NCBI GenBank assembly: GCA_039591175.1
Contig: JBDHED010000001.1
Location: forward strand, 452-64,451
Source: Gemmatimonadota bacterium
GTDB lineage: Bacteria > Gemmatimonadota > Gemmatimonadetes > JACCXV01 > JAHWKZ01
Direction: 5' to 3'
DNA: 64,000 nt
Below the pieces are notes generated by a model. It saw nothing but the letters and a program-made list of their open reading frames with translations, had not been told where the DNA came from and ran no database searches. This document shows, piece after piece, positions 17,636-28,549 of this stretch. The number at the start of each line of letters is the position of its first letter. The stretch's first letter is position 1. The position numbers and the translations under genes are program-made.

Positions 17636-18058
17636 TCAGTAGGGAATGAGATCGAGCCGCCGAGCTGCCGCGTCGAGAACTCCGTTCACGAAGCGTGCTG
17701 AGTCCTTTCCGCCATAGCGATCCGCCAGTTGCACAGCCTCGTCGATCGTCACCTTGGCTGGGACATTGCTCATGTGGCAAAACTCGACCAGTGCGAGCCG
17801 CAGTATGGATCGATCGATAACGGACATCCGAGCGGGATCCCAGTTCTCGGCGGCTTGATCCACCAGCATGTCGATCTCGTCCATGTTGCTCTCGAGCGCA
17901 GCGAGGATCTGCTCGGCGAAGGCGCGAGTGCCGGACGCGATCTTCCGTCGAGCAAAGAATCGCTCTGCTTCGTCCGAAAGCGGGATGGGACGGTCCTGTA
18001 TCTCCCATGCGTACAGAATCTGAAGCACCCATCGACGTGCCTTGTGACGACGCTTCAT
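17636..18058 (-). CDS. nusB: Transcription antitermination factor NusB
   Basis: MKRRHKARRWVLQILYAWEIQD... and ...WDPARMSVIDRSILRLALVEF...NVPAKVTIDEAVQLADRYGGKDSARFVNGVLD are NusB-collinear. Confidence 0.9.
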   Translation of the reverse strand: MKRRHKARRWVLQILYAWEIQDRPIPLSDEAERFFARRKIASGTRAFAEQILAALESNMDEIDMLVDQAAENWDPARMSVIDRSILRLALVEFCHMSNVPAKVTIDEAVQLADRYGGKDSARFVNGVLDAAARRLDLIPY

Positions 18059-18567
18059 GGAGTCCGAAAGCCTCGCACAGCGGGCTCGGTCTCGGCCAAA
18101 CGACTGTAAAGCGCGAGCTGAGATAGTACGGCGCGAACAGCCTCGCCGCCCTTGTCGCCGCCACGTCGGTTGGCGCGTTGCTCGGCCTGCTCCCGAGTAT
18201 CGGTCGTCAACACGCCAAACCCAAGGGGAATGTTCAGCTCGACCGCCAAACGCTGAAGCCCCTGCGCCGCAGCTTCCGCTATGACGTCGAAGTGCGGCGT
18301 CTCACCGCGAATAACCGCACCAAGCGCCACGATGGCGTCAACGTCCGGTCGCAGGCCGACGACCTGACGGCAGGCCGGAGCCAGCTCAAAAGCACCTGCT
18401 ACGTGGTGCTCCTCGATATCGGATTCGACCACGCCGGCCGCGAGTAGCGCTTCGCGAGCACCAGCGGCAAGTTCGCTCGTGATTGGCTCGTTGAATTGCG
18501 CGACCACCAGCGCCACGCGCTTCCCCGTGGCGTCGATCTCCGGCTCGTGAGCGCCCCCAGTTACCAT
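18055..18567 (-). CDS. ribH: 6,7-dimethyl-8-ribityllumazine synthase
   Basis: RVALVVAQFNEPITSELAAGAREALLAAGV...HVAGAFELAPACRQVV...IVALGAVIRGETPHFDVIA. Confidence 0.9.
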   Translation of the reverse strand: MVTGGAHEPEIDATGKRVALVVAQFNEPITSELAAGAREALLAAGVVESDIEEHHVAGAFELAPACRQVVGLRPDVDAIVALGAVIRGETPHFDVIAEAAAQGLQRLAVELNIPLGFGVLTTDTREQAEQRANRRGGDKGGEAVRAVLSQLALYSRLAETEPAVRGFRTP

Positions 18568-18579
18568 GTCATCAGCCGA

Positions 18580-19791
18580 TCAGTGTCGAAGGAGGTGGCC
18601 AAGCTTGTCACGCTTGGTCTCTAGATAACGCCGATTGTAGGCGGTGGGCTCGATCTCGATCGGAACGTGCTCGCTGATCTTGAGTCCGTAGCCCTCGATC
18701 GCGGCGCGCTTTCGCGGGTTGTTCGTCAGCAACCGCACTGTGGTGAGTCCGAGATCGACCAGGATCTGGCATCCGATACCATAGTCACGCGGATCGGGTC
18801 GGAAGCCGAGGTGTTCGTTCGCCTCGACAGTGTCAAAACCCTTATCCTGAAGCATGTAGGCCTTTAGCTTGTTGACGAGCCCGATGCCGCGACCCTCTTG
18901 ATGCATGTACAAGACCACTCCCCTGCCCTCTTGCTCGACTTGGAACAGCGCCTGATTGAGCTGGGGACCGCAATCGCATCGCAAGCTGCCTAGCACGTCG
19001 CCCGTAAAGCACGATGAATGGACGCGCGTGAGGATGTTCTCCCGGTCTCTCACATCGCCTTTGATTAATGCCACGTGATGTTCGTCGTTGATCGTCGTCC
19101 CATACAGGATCAATCGGAATTCCCCGAACTCGGTAGGCAGCATCGTCTCGGCCACACGGACGATCATCTTCTCCTTGATCCCGCGGTACTTGATGAGATC
19201 CTCGATGGTTATGATGCCGAGATGGTGTTGGCGCGCGATCTCGAGAAGCCGAGGGAGCCGGGCCATCGTCCCGTCATCGTCGATCACCTCGCACAACACC
19301 GCGACCGGGCTCAGGCCGGCCAATCGCGCTAGATCGACCGCCGCCTCGGTATGGCCCGCGCGCCTCAGCACGCCTCCATTCTTGGAGCGCAACGGAAAAA
19401 CGTGCCCGGGTCGAGCGAGATCACTTGGCTCGGTCGTTCGATCGACCAGCGCTCGGATCGTTGCCGCGCGATCGGCAGCGCTGATCCCGGTCGTCACACC
19501 ATGCTTTATGTCCACCGAGACCGTGAACGCAGTTTCGTGGAGAGCCGTGTTGTCGGTGACCATCGGGTCGAGTCCGAGCTCGTCGGCTCGGCTCACCGCG
19601 ATCGGCGCACAGATGAGTCCCCGACCTTCGCATGCCATGAAGTTGACCGTTTCCGCGGTCACCCGTTCAGCCGCCATGACGAAGTCACCTTCGTTCTCGC
19701 GATCCTCATCGTCGACAACGATCAGGATCTCGCCCCGGCGGATCGCCTCGAGGGCTTCCTCGATTGGGGTGAACGTCGCTGGTTGGATCAT
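18580..19791 (-). CDS. ribBA: Bifunctional 3,4-dihydroxy-2-butanone-4-phosphate synthase / GTP cyclohydrolase II
   Basis: The N-terminal half has the DHBP synthase signature ([19 protein letters not shown]). The C-terminal half has the GCH-II signature ([22 protein letters not shown]). The start was taken at MIQPATF. Confidence 0.92.
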   Translation of the reverse strand: MIQPATFTPIEEALEAIRRGEILIVVDDEDRENEGDFVMAAERVTAETVNFMACEGRGLICAPIAVSRADELGLDPMVTDNTALHETAFTVSVDIKHGVTTGISAADRAATIRALVDRTTEPSDLARPGHVFPLRSKNGGVLRRAGHTEAAVDLARLAGLSPVAVLCEVIDDDGTMARLPRLLEIARQHHLGIITIEDLIKYRGIKEKMIVRVAETMLPTEFGEFRLILYGTTINDEHHVALIKGDVRDRENILTRVHSSCFTGDVLGSLRCDCGPQLNQALFQVEQEGRGVVLYMHQEGRGIGLVNKLKAYMLQDKGFDTVEANEHLGFRPDPRDYGIGCQILVDLGLTTVRLLTNNPRKRAAIEGYGLKISEHVPIEIEPTAYNRRYLETKRDKLGHLLRH

Positions 19792-20378
19792 TCTCGGGCC
19801 TCCATGAGGCGCTGAACGTAACGGGCGACCACATCGTAATCGACGTTGACCGGGTGGCCGACGGCGAGGCCCGAAAAGTTCGTTGCCACCCACGTGTGCG
19901 GCACGATCGACACTCGGGCGCCAGTATCGGTTGCCGACAGGACCGTCAGGCTTACCCCGTTGATCGCTATCGAGCCGCGATCCGCGACCAACGCTCGCCC
20001 TTGTTCTGGCAACGAGACAGAAATGTACCGGTTCTCCTCACGCCGTTCAATCGAGTCGACCATGCCGATATCGTCAACGTGGCCCTGAACGAGGTGCCCG
20101 TCGAGGCGGTCACCGAGCACCAGCGACCGTTCGAGGTTGACGCGACTGCTCAGCTCATAGTGACCGATGATCGTTCGTGCGAGTGTCTCGCGAACGGCTT
20201 CGACACGAAATGTGTCGTTCGAGCGACCGACCACTGTCAGGCACGTGCCGTCGACAGCCACCGATTCACCAATCTCGAGGTCACCGGACCAATCAGCCGA
20301 GATCTCGAGCGTACGGCCCTGACCCAACGGCTCGATGACGGTTATTACGCCGATCGTCTCGATAATGCCGGTAAACAC
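19788..20378 (-). CDS. ribE: Riboflavin synthase alpha chain
   Basis: [16 protein letters not shown]..., a tandem lumazine-binding repeat. Confidence 0.9.
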   Translation of the reverse strand: MFTGIIETIGVITVIEPLGQGRTLEISADWSGDLEIGESVAVDGTCLTVVGRSNDTFRVEAVRETLARTIIGHYELSSRVNLERSLVLGDRLDGHLVQGHVDDIGMVDSIERREENRYISVSLPEQGRALVADRGSIAINGVSLTVLSATDTGARVSIVPHTWVATNFSGLAVGHPVNVDYDVVARYVQRLMEARE

Positions 20379-20391
20379 TCGCCCCGCCGAT

Positions 20392-21546
20392 CTAGGCGCC
20401 CGAAACGCTCTCGACGAAACCGGTCACGGCGGCGTCACGACCGTGCAATTGCCACTCCGTCTCTGTGAGCCGGAACCCGTTGTGTGGAGCATCAGATAAG
20501 AGCAACGGAAGCGCTCCCTTCGTGGCCACCCAATCGGGCGCGAGAAACATCGTCCAGCGATCCACGAGGCCAGCCGCGACCAATGCCGTCGCGAGGGTTG
20601 GACCGGGCTCGACCAGAACGCCGGTTACGTTACGCGCAGCTAGGGTGCCAGTGACAGCCTCGAGATCGACCCCTTCGTCAGATGTCGCGATCGGAATGAC
20701 GTCGACACCTTGGGCGGCCAGAGCTTGGCGCCGAGACGCATCCGCCGATTGGGAGCAGAAGATCCACACCGGTTGTTCAGCCGCTGACCTCACCAAGCCC
20801 GAATCGTGTGGCGTTCGCAATCCGGAGTCGAGGACGATTCGGATCGGTTGTACGTCCGGCCATGCGACGTCGCGATCAGAGTCATCAGCGGGTGGCCATT
20901 CGCGCACCGTGAGCAGCGGGTTGTCGGCCAGCACGGTGCCGACACCGACCATCACGGCGGGCGTGAGCCGTCGCAATCGATGGACTTCGGCTCGGGCTGT
21001 CTTGCCGGTGACCCAGCGATCGCCCTCGCGACCCAGTGTCACGCGACCATTCAGTGTTTGCGCGGTTTTCATGTGGAAGAACGGTTGATCCGTATGGACA
21101 AAGTGGAGCCAAGCTTCGTTGAGCCGCTCCGCTTCGGCCCCGAGAATGCCGCCCGTGACTGAGATCCCCGCCGCTTCGAGTACCTGCTCCCCGCCCCCAC
21201 CCGTGGCCGGATCACGCGCGGCATAGAAGACGCTGCCGATACCCGCGCTGGAGAGAGCGTCAGTGCACGCTGGCGTTCGCCCATGCGCAGCACACGGCTC
21301 GAGTGTGACGATGGCGATCGCGCCTCGAACGTCGTGCGCGGCCTCGCGCGCAGCTTCGAGCGCAGCGACCTCTGCGTGCGGCCCGCCAGCCTGGGCGTGG
21401 TACCCTTCGCCGAGCACGCGACCTTCCGGGTCGGCCAAGACACACCCGACCATCGGGTTGGGCGCCGTCTTGCCGCCCCCGCGCTCGGCGAGGGCGAGCG
21501 CCCTGCGCATCAGCTCTTCGATATGGTTGTGCTCTAAAACGCTCAT
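20392..21546 (-). CDS. ribD: Bifunctional riboflavin biosynthesis deaminase/reductase RibD
   Basis: CMP/dCMP deaminase Zn motif (HAEVAALEAA...TLEPCAAHGRTPAC) and C-terminal RibD reductase domain. Confidence 0.9.
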   Translation of the reverse strand: MSVLEHNHIEELMRRALALAERGGGKTAPNPMVGCVLADPEGRVLGEGYHAQAGGPHAEVAALEAAREAAHDVRGAIAIVTLEPCAAHGRTPACTDALSSAGIGSVFYAARDPATGGGGEQVLEAAGISVTGGILGAEAERLNEAWLHFVHTDQPFFHMKTAQTLNGRVTLGREGDRWVTGKTARAEVHRLRRLTPAVMVGVGTVLADNPLLTVREWPPADDSDRDVAWPDVQPIRIVLDSGLRTPHDSGLVRSAAEQPVWIFCSQSADASRRQALAAQGVDVIPIATSDEGVDLEAVTGTLAARNVTGVLVEPGPTLATALVAAGLVDRWTMFLAPDWVATKGALPLLLSDAPHNGFRLTETEWQLHGRDAAVTGFVESVSGA

Positions 21547-22374
21547 TCAGGTGCCGATTCGGGTCCCGACAGCGGCGAACCAACCCCCATCGTAACTACC
21601 GCCTTCGATGGCGAGACCGAGCGGTGCGAGCCCCAGCTCCAAGCCGACATACACCTTCCCGTGCGTGCTGGAAGTCTCTATGTCGCCGTTGATCTCCACG
21701 CCGCCGGTCGAGCTCCCAAGCGGAATGCGATACGCCGCGTCGATGTCGGTTCGATCGATACCCACGCCAGCATACGGTGTCAGTAGTAGAAACGCCTTCG
21801 ACACGTCCAGACGAAACGACCATGAGCTCACGTCGGCGTTGTACGACACGACATCGGAATCGAACTCCTCGAAATCGAGTCCCGTTACCCACGATCGAAA
21901 GACCGAAGCTGTCAGGGCCGGCATCACGATCGACTCGTCCAGGATGGCGACGCGACCGCCAAGCGCCAGCAGCCCGACGCTACCCTCGATATCCCCAGCG
22001 CCGGTGAGAACCCCAGCGCGGCCCATGACGTCGACCGATCCCAGACCCGGACCCCACAACCCAACAGCAGCGTTCAGCATGCCCATCGGGACGTGAAGGT
22101 CGACGTCTCCAGTTGGCTGACGCGGGTCCAGTATGCCGACATTGGTCACACCCAACGCCGCACCGATCCTGAATCCGCCCAACCCGCCAGTCGTCGGCGC
22201 CGGCCCGGTGAGCGGGCTGCCACCGGCGATAGTCTGCCCCAGGCCACGGGATGCGTCTTCGATCGCGGTGCGCACTCGGAGCTCGGAAACAACTTGCCCG
22301 TCAACCGGAACAGCAAATCCCGAAGCGCAAACCACGAAAACGACAGCGATGAACTCTCTATGCGTCAGGCCCAT
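21547..22374 (-). CDS. Secreted Gly-rich protein with signal peptide, possibly an outer-membrane beta-barrel; function unknown
   Basis: Signal peptide MGLTHREFIAVVFVVCASGFAVPVDG, then a Gly/Ala/Val-rich region with alternating hydrophobic pattern. No recognised family. Confidence 0.4.
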   Translation of the reverse strand: MGLTHREFIAVVFVVCASGFAVPVDGQVVSELRVRTAIEDASRGLGQTIAGGSPLTGPAPTTGGLGGFRIGAALGVTNVGILDPRQPTGDVDLHVPMGMLNAAVGLWGPGLGSVDVMGRAGVLTGAGDIEGSVGLLALGGRVAILDESIVMPALTASVFRSWVTGLDFEEFDSDVVSYNADVSSWSFRLDVSKAFLLLTPYAGVGIDRTDIDAAYRIPLGSSTGGVEINGDIETSSTHGKVYVGLELGLAPLGLAIEGGSYDGGWFAAVGTRIGT

Positions 22375-23411
22375 TGCAGACCTTCTCCGGCAACGACTTC
22401 GCCGATGACGAGCGCCGGCTGATCGGATGCCCGACACCGCTTGGCGACCTCGCTTGCATGTTCCGCGGAGACGATCAAACAGAACCCGATCCCCATATTG
22501 AACACGCGGTACATCTCATCGCGATCGATGCTGCCAGCGCTCGCGAGGTAGTCGAACAACGGGCCAGGTGTCCACGCTGAGCGATCGATAGCCGCAGCTG
22601 ATCCGGGCGGCAACACGCGCGCAAGATTGGCCGAGAAACCGCCGCCGGTTATGTGAGCCGCAGCGTGCAACGCCCCATCTCCCAACAACGGTCCCACCGA
22701 CTTTAGATACGATCGGTGAACCGCCAGTAGCTCATCGGCCCAGCTCGTCTCTGCCCACGGCACTACGTCCTCCGGTCTTTGGCCAGCTGTGTCGAAGACG
22801 ATCTGCCGCGCCAGCGAGTATCCATTGGTGTGAAGGCCCGTCGAGCCCAGCCCCAGAATGACGTCGCCGATCTGCACTTGGTTCTTTGGCGCCCCCCATT
22901 GCGCCACCATCGAACCGACGGCGAAACCTGCGAGGTCGTACTTGCCGGCTGGGTACAGATCCGGCATCTCAGCTGTTTCACCCCCGAGAAGCGGGATCGC
23001 GTTCGCAGCACAGCCACGCGCAAACCCGCTCACGATCGATATGACGATCTCGGGGTCGAGTCTTCCGGTGGCTATGTAGTCCAGGAAAAAGAGGGGTGTT
23101 GCGCCCGCTGCCAGGAGATCGTCGACGCAGTGGTTCACCAGGTCCTCACCCACGGTGTCGTGTCGATTGGCGAGCTGCGCGACGAGCACTTTGGTGCCGA
23201 CCCCATCGGCGGAGGCGACCAGAACCGAGCCCAGGCCGGGATTCGAGGAGAGATCGTAGCCACCGGCAAACCCACCGATCTCGGTCACGACTCCATCATC
23301 GAAGGTCGGCTCGACGATCGCCCTCAGACGTCGCTTGATCCGATCCGCGGTGGCCAGGTCGACGCCCGCTGCTCGATAGCTGGGCGCCGAGTCGGTCGAA
23401 GATTCAGGCAT
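22365..23411 (-). CDS. purM: Phosphoribosylformylglycinamidine cyclo-ligase (AIR synthetase)
   Basis: SYRAAGVDLATADRIKRRLRAIVEPTFDDGVVTEIGGFAGGYDL..., the PurM N- and C-domains. The long N-terminal extension in the ORF track was judged spurious. Confidence 0.9.
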   Translation of the reverse strand: MPESSTDSAPSYRAAGVDLATADRIKRRLRAIVEPTFDDGVVTEIGGFAGGYDLSSNPGLGSVLVASADGVGTKVLVAQLANRHDTVGEDLVNHCVDDLLAAGATPLFFLDYIATGRLDPEIVISIVSGFARGCAANAIPLLGGETAEMPDLYPAGKYDLAGFAVGSMVAQWGAPKNQVQIGDVILGLGSTGLHTNGYSLARQIVFDTAGQRPEDVVPWAETSWADELLAVHRSYLKSVGPLLGDGALHAAAHITGGGFSANLARVLPPGSAAAIDRSAWTPGPLFDYLASAGSIDRDEMYRVFNMGIGFCLIVSAEHASEVAKRCRASDQPALVIGEVVAGEGLQWA

Positions 23412-24330
23412 CCTGGAGGAGCGGCTCATAGTCAAATCGGGTGAGATGCTCGAACTCGCGGAACCGAGTGTCGATTTGCGCAGGCTCCAAATGAGCCAGC
23501 TGCTCGACGGAAAACGCTTCGCAGCAAAACGAGCCCATCGCGGAACCGTAAATCGCCGCCCGCCGGATCCCCTCTGGAGTGATCTCCCCGGTTGCCGCGA
23601 GGTAGCCAAGAAAGCCCCCGGCAAAAGAGTCGCCAGCTCCGGTCGGATCCACGATCGTCTCCAACGGTAGGCCTGGAACGGCGAATAACCAGTCGTTCGC
23701 GAACGCGATCGCACCGTGCTCGCCCTTCTTGACCACGAGCAGTTGAGGCCCCCACCCGAGAATCGAATTGGCGGCTGTTCGGATGTTGGGCTCCTGCGCC
23801 AACTCTCGTGTCTCGGAGTCGTTGATCAGGACGATGTCTACTCGCTTCAACACCCTACGGAGTTCGTCGGGTGTTCCTTCGATCCAGAAGTCCATCGTAT
23901 CGAGCGCCGCCGATTGCGGCGCTGTCATCTGATCGAGGACATTCAATTGAAGCGACGGCGCGATGTTGGCGAGGAAGACGTGCTGCGTCTGACGGTATTC
24001 TTCCGGTATGGTGGGGTTGAACTCGGCGAAAACATTGAGGTCGGTGAACGTCGTCTCGCGGGCGTTCAGATCGTAGCCGTACCGACCTCCCCACCGAAAC
24101 GTCGCTCCTTCACGGACTTGAAGACCCCTCAAGTCGATCCCGCGATCGGCCAGTAGGTCCAAATGCGGCTGAGGGAAATCGGTGCCAACCACACCGACTA
24201 TCTGGACATCGGTGAAGTATGAAGCCGCCAGTCCGAAGTACACCGCGGCTCCGCCCAAAGCCGACGTTCGTTTCCCGAAGGGCGTCTCGACGTCGTCAAG
24301 CGCGACTGATCCTACCACCAGAATCGACAT
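23404..24330 (-). CDS. PfkB-family carbohydrate/nucleoside kinase (ribokinase-like)
   Basis: MSILVVGSVALDDVETPFG...GGAAVYFGLAAS... and the C-terminal DPTGAGDSFAGGFLGYL PfkB signature. Confidence 0.8.
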   Translation of the reverse strand: MSILVVGSVALDDVETPFGKRTSALGGAAVYFGLAASYFTDVQIVGVVGTDFPQPHLDLLADRGIDLRGLQVREGATFRWGGRYGYDLNARETTFTDLNVFAEFNPTIPEEYRQTQHVFLANIAPSLQLNVLDQMTAPQSAALDTMDFWIEGTPDELRRVLKRVDIVLINDSETRELAQEPNIRTAANSILGWGPQLLVVKKGEHGAIAFANDWLFAVPGLPLETIVDPTGAGDSFAGGFLGYLAATGEITPEGIRRAAIYGSAMGSFCCEAFSVEQLAHLEPAQIDTRFREFEHLTRFDYEPLLQDA

Positions 24331-24370
24331 TGAAGTTCACCGCTCCTCATGCAGAAGGTTATGGTGTAGC

Positions 24371-26038
24371 TCACATAGACTCCGGTGCTGTGACCCCAAG
24401 TTGCCCCAATCCCGCTCGAAGTACGTACTGAGTGGCTCGAGCGAGCGCCAGGCGAGCACGCGCTAGCGGCTCGTCCTCCACCAGGATGTGCTCACCGTGG
24501 TACCAGAGATGAAACCGGCGGGCCAGTGACTCCAAGTAATCCGTGACTCGGTGTGGCTCGAGCGCATCGGCGGCGTCCGCGATTACATCCGGATAGTCAT
24601 CGAGCATGCGCAGGAGATCGATCTCCGTTGGCGCGGTCAATAGATCCAAGCTGTCGGGTGCGCCCACCGTCTCGGGATCCCATGCATGCTGCTCCAGACG
24701 TCCGAATACGCTCGAGATTCGAGCGTGTGCGTATTGCACATAGTAGACGGGGTTCTCCTCCGTTTGTCGTCTCGCCAGATCGAGGTCCAGGACCATGTGC
24801 GTGTCGCCCTTGCGCATCACGAGAAAATAACGGGTCACGTCCACACCGATATCGTCCATGAGATCTTCGAGCAGCACCATGCGGTCGCTGCGAGTTGATA
24901 GTCGAACCTCTTGGCCCTCCTCGAGCAGACTGATCTGTTGGTAGATCACCGGGCGCAACCAATCCGTCGGGTACCCAAGAGCGCCGAGGGCGGCGCGCAT
25001 TCTGATCGCGTAGTCGTGATGATCTGCGCCCCATATGTCGATCGCCGTGTCGAATCCGCGTTCGTGCTTGTCGCGATGGTAAGCGATGTCGGGCAGTAGG
25101 TACGTCGGCTGGCCGGTGCGCTTGACGAGCACGCGATCTTTGGCGTCACCGAACTCTGACGCCCGAAACCACGTCGCATCATCGTCCTCGTACACTGCAC
25201 CTGCGTTTTTCAAGTCCGCGATCGTCGCTGCCAATCGGTCGTCGGTGTAGAGCGCTGACTCGTTGAACCAGACCTCGAACTGGACGCGGAAACGGTCAAG
25301 GTCAGCCCGAATCGCCGCGTTCATCCGCTCGCCGGCAAAGTCGCGAAACTCGGAGACACACTCTTGGATCGGTTTCTCTAACCAACGATCCCCGACTTCA
25401 TCGCGCATCGCCTGCGCTAAGTCACGTATGTACTCGCCCTGGTAGCCGCCCTCGGGAAAGGGAAACGATGGGCTCCAGAGCTGCTGATACCGGGCATGGA
25501 CGGATGCGCCGAGCATATCCATCTGTCGTCCCGCGTCGTTGAAGTAATACTCACGGGTTACACTGGCCCCTTGACTCTCCAGCAGGGACGCGATGGCATC
25601 CCCGAGGGCAGCGTTGCGGGCGTGACCGATGTGTAGCGGACCGGTCGGGTTGGACGACACGAACTCGACATTGATCTTTCGATCTTTCAGGCGGTCAGAC
25701 CGTCCGTACGACTCTCTCTGCGTGAGGATATCCCGCACGACTTCCTGCAGATAGCGGGGCGCCAGCCGGACGTTGATAAAGCCTGGGCCGGCAATCGCGA
25801 CATCGCCAAAGCGGCCGCGATCCAGGTCCAGTTCTGCGACGAGCTCGGCCGCGATCTCACGTGGCGATCGCTGCAGCGGTCTCGCCAGCGCGAGCGCTAT
25901 GGGCGAGGACCAATCTCCGTGCTCGGGATCACCGGGACGCTCCACGACGATCTCCTCGCTCGGCCAGCTCAACTCGGCGAGTCGTGATCTGATCGCGGTC
26001 CGGAACTCCTCACGCGGACGTATTCTTGCTGCTTCCAT
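24371..26038 (-). CDS. argS: Arginyl-tRNA synthetase
   Basis: ...SSNPTGPLHIGHARNAALGDAIASLL... (HIGH motif) and ArgRS-collinear anticodon-binding domain. The start was taken at MEAARIRP; the upstream Arg-rich extension was judged spurious. Confidence 0.9.
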   Translation of the reverse strand: MEAARIRPREEFRTAIRSRLAELSWPSEEIVVERPGDPEHGDWSSPIALALARPLQRSPREIAAELVAELDLDRGRFGDVAIAGPGFINVRLAPRYLQEVVRDILTQRESYGRSDRLKDRKINVEFVSSNPTGPLHIGHARNAALGDAIASLLESQGASVTREYYFNDAGRQMDMLGASVHARYQQLWSPSFPFPEGGYQGEYIRDLAQAMRDEVGDRWLEKPIQECVSEFRDFAGERMNAAIRADLDRFRVQFEVWFNESALYTDDRLAATIADLKNAGAVYEDDDATWFRASEFGDAKDRVLVKRTGQPTYLLPDIAYHRDKHERGFDTAIDIWGADHHDYAIRMRAALGALGYPTDWLRPVIYQQISLLEEGQEVRLSTRSDRMVLLEDLMDDIGVDVTRYFLVMRKGDTHMVLDLDLARRQTEENPVYYVQYAHARISSVFGRLEQHAWDPETVGAPDSLDLLTAPTEIDLLRMLDDYPDVIADAADALEPHRVTDYLESLARRFHLWYHGEHILVEDEPLARARLALARATQYVLRAGLGQLGVTAPESM

Positions 26039-26318
26039 TCGACTTCTTCTTCGCCTTTTTCTGTTGTCCCTTCTTGTCATCCTTTGTGGGCCCCGTTTCT
26101 TTCTCTGCCGATGCCTTCGATCGGTACTCATCGCTTCGGTAGTCGGTGATGTAGAACCCAGAGCCCTTGAACAGAAGACCCGCCCCGCCCGAGATTTGAC
26201 GCTCAGCGCGCCCGTCGCACTCTGGACAGCGCCGCGCACGGGCGCGAGTCGCCTTCCTCTGGAAGATCTCAAAGGTGTGATCACATTCAACGCATTTATA
26301 CACGTAAGTCGGCAACAC
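26010..26318 (-). CDS. FmdB-family zinc-ribbon protein with Lys-rich C-terminal tail
   Basis: MLPTYVYKCVECDHTFEIFQ...RCPECDG is the CxxC...CxxC FmdB signature. Tail ...KDDKKGQQKKAKKKSNGSSK. Confidence 0.7.
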   Translation of the reverse strand: MLPTYVYKCVECDHTFEIFQRKATRARARRCPECDGRAERQISGGAGLLFKGSGFYITDYRSDEYRSKASAEKETGPTKDDKKGQQKKAKKKSNGSSKNTSA

Positions 26319-26339
26319 TCCTCCTTGTGATCTGAACCT

Positions 26340-28010
26340 TCAGGGACGACCGGCGGCGGGGTCTCTGTACGTGCCCGCGATGTCGCGGAACACGCCGGCG
26401 ATTTCACCGACAGTGGCGCCGGCGGTGCACGCGGCCCGGATACCAGGCATCACGTTTGCCTCCCCGTTTGCCATCGACGTCAGTGCATCCAGTGCATGTT
26501 CCACGTGCGTCGAATCCCGATTCGTCCGCCATTCTCCAAGTCGGTCAGCCTGACGCTTTGCGAGGTCCTCGGTATCAACTGTTCGGATATCCGATGGTGC
26601 CTCATCCGTCTCGGCCCAACGGTTGACGCCGACCACCACCTCTTCACCGATCTCGACTCGCTGTTGGTGCTGGTATGCCTCGCGTTCTATCTCGCTGTGA
26701 AAGAACCCGACCTCGATCGCCGCGACAGAGCCGCCGATGTCCTCGATTTGATCCAAGTACGTCCGCGCTCGCTCTTCGAGGTCGCCCGTCAACCGTTCGA
26801 CATAGAACGAGCCGCCGAGCGGATCGGCGGTATCGGCGACGCCGCTTTCATGGGCCAAAATCTGCTGTGTCCTCAGCGCCAGCGCTGCCGATCGTTCCGA
26901 TGGCAAGGCCAACGCTTCGTCGTAGCTGTTCGTGTGGAGGCTCTGGGTCCCGCCGAGCACCGCTGCCAGCGCCTGCAAGGTAACGCGGACGACGTTGTTC
27001 AGCGGTTGTTGGGCGGTCAGCGTTGCACCGTCGGTTTGGGTGTGAAACCGGAGTCTGGCGGCCGAAGGGTCGGTAGCTCCAAAGCGGTTCTCTACCAGGT
27101 CGGCCCAGATCCGGCGCGCGGCTCGAAACTTCGCGACCTCCTCGAAGAGATTGTTGTGAACGCCAAAGAAGAATGACAGCCGGCCTATAAAAGTGTCGAC
27201 GTCTATCCCCGCTTGGCGGGCCGCTTCGACGTAGCAAATCGCGTTGGCGAACGTGAAAGCGATCTCTTGGGCCGCATTGGCGCCGGCCTCACGGATGTGA
27301 TAGCCGGAGATCGAGATCGGGTTCCAACGCGGCGTCTCCTGTGCGCACCAGGCGAAAGAATCGACGATCAAGCGCAGACTGAACTCTGGAGGATAGATAT
27401 ACGTTCCGCGAGCGATGTACTCCTTCAGAATGTCGTTTTGAACCGTTCCCCGCAGCGCGCCGAGCTTCGCTCCCTGCTCTTCAGCGACGAGGGTGTACAG
27501 CGCCAAGAGCGTATTCGCTGTGGCGTTGATCGTCATCGACGTCGATACGTCGGTGAGTGGAATGCCGGTCAGCAGTCGTCGCATGTCATCCAGCGTATCG
27601 ATCGCCACGCCGACACGACCGACCTCACCCACAGCGCGTGGATCGTCCGAGTCCATACCCATTTGAGTTGGGAGATCAAACGCCGTGGAGAGGCCCGTCT
27701 GCCCGCGATCGAGCAAGAACCTGAACCGCGCATTGGTCTCAGTCGCGGTTCCGAAGCCGGCGTACTGGCGCATCGTCCACAACCGACCCCGGTACATGTT
27801 GGGGTAGATGCCCCGGGTGTATGGTGGTTCGCCGGGGTAGCCGGGGACCGAATCCCTATCGGAAGTCGACTCGGTCGTATAGCAAGGTTCGATGGGATGC
27901 CCGCTGGTGGTGTGGAACCCCGGTTTGCGTTCCGGGTGGTTCTTCAGGTGGGGCTCGAGGGTTTCCCGCTGCCACCGGTCACGGTCGCTTTTTCCGGTAG
28001 GAGATGTCAT
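26340..28010 (-). CDS. Methylmalonyl-CoA mutase family, large (catalytic TIM-barrel) subunit without fused B12-binding domain
   Basis: ...[59 protein letters not shown]... is the canonical MCM substrate-binding barrel. The 556-aa length means the C-terminal cobalamin domain is not fused. Confidence 0.88.
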   Translation of the reverse strand: MTSPTGKSDRDRWQRETLEPHLKNHPERKPGFHTTSGHPIEPCYTTESTSDRDSVPGYPGEPPYTRGIYPNMYRGRLWTMRQYAGFGTATETNARFRFLLDRGQTGLSTAFDLPTQMGMDSDDPRAVGEVGRVGVAIDTLDDMRRLLTGIPLTDVSTSMTINATANTLLALYTLVAEEQGAKLGALRGTVQNDILKEYIARGTYIYPPEFSLRLIVDSFAWCAQETPRWNPISISGYHIREAGANAAQEIAFTFANAICYVEAARQAGIDVDTFIGRLSFFFGVHNNLFEEVAKFRAARRIWADLVENRFGATDPSAARLRFHTQTDGATLTAQQPLNNVVRVTLQALAAVLGGTQSLHTNSYDEALALPSERSAALALRTQQILAHESGVADTADPLGGSFYVERLTGDLEERARTYLDQIEDIGGSVAAIEVGFFHSEIEREAYQHQQRVEIGEEVVVGVNRWAETDEAPSDIRTVDTEDLAKRQADRLGEWRTNRDSTHVEHALDALTSMANGEANVMPGIRAACTAGATVGEIAGVFRDIAGTYRDPAAGRP

Positions 28011-28549
28011 TCTGGTTCGCCCGCTGGCTCGATGAAACAGATGAGGGATCCCTGCTCGATAGGCTGTCCGGCTCGTACGCTGAGATCGCGGACGATTCCA
28101 TCGGTTGGTGCGGTGATCTCGTTCTCCATCTTCATCGCCTCGATAATCGCCAGCCCATCACCGGCGCGAACGTTGTGTCCGTCCTCAACCTCGACCAAGA
28201 GCACCAACCCCGGCATGGGGGCACGAATCTCCTGGGTCGTGTGAGACACCAGGGGCGCCAACGACCTGAGCCTGTGGCGCGCCTCGCTGACCACTGTGAA
28301 TCCATGTGGAGCGCCGTCCAAGACCAGGGCACCTTTGTCCCCCCCGCCCGGTCGCCATTCCACGCGCCGCGGCCGACCCTGGACCCACGCTTGAGCATCG
28401 TCGTGTCCGGCCGAAACGCAAAAAGTCCACGCCTCATCACCGTGCTCGACCTGGATCTCGCAACCGTCGTGGGTCTCCAGCAGCGTGACTCGATACGATG
28501 TTTCAGCCCCGTCGCGGGTTACGATATAGTGCTTCTGTGCGCTCATCGC
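28007..28549 (-). CDS. Biotin carboxyl carrier protein (biotin/lipoyl attachment domain) of acyl-CoA carboxylase
   Basis: C-terminal ...[45 protein letters not shown] with the AMKM biotinylation motif. Confidence 0.8.
   Translation of the reverse strand, partial: AMSAQKHYIVTRDGAETSYRVTLLETHDGCEIQVEHGDEAWTFCVSAGHDDAQAWVQGRPRRVEWRPGGGDKGALVLDGAPHGFTVVSEARHRLRSLAPLVSHTTQEIRAPMPGLVLLVEVEDGHNVRAGDGLAIIEAMKMENEITAPTDGIVRDLSVRAGQPIEQGSLICFIEPAGEPE

Noticed and set aside
21540-21600. Expected FMN riboswitch upstream of ribD
   Set aside because: ribD starts at 21546 and is immediately preceded (1-nt gap) by the secreted-protein gene. There is no room for an aptamer, and none was seen.
24371-26407. 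Arg-rich ~120-aa N-terminal extensions on argS (to 26407), and similar ones on purM (to 23714), panC (to 41581), ribBA (to 19893), leuS (to 6456) and the YfhO-like gene (to 12065)
   Set aside because: The ORF track uses the most upstream ATG, GTG or TTG. The extensions overlap upstream genes and are not conserved in the respective families. Starts were reassigned to homology-supported Met or GTG codons.
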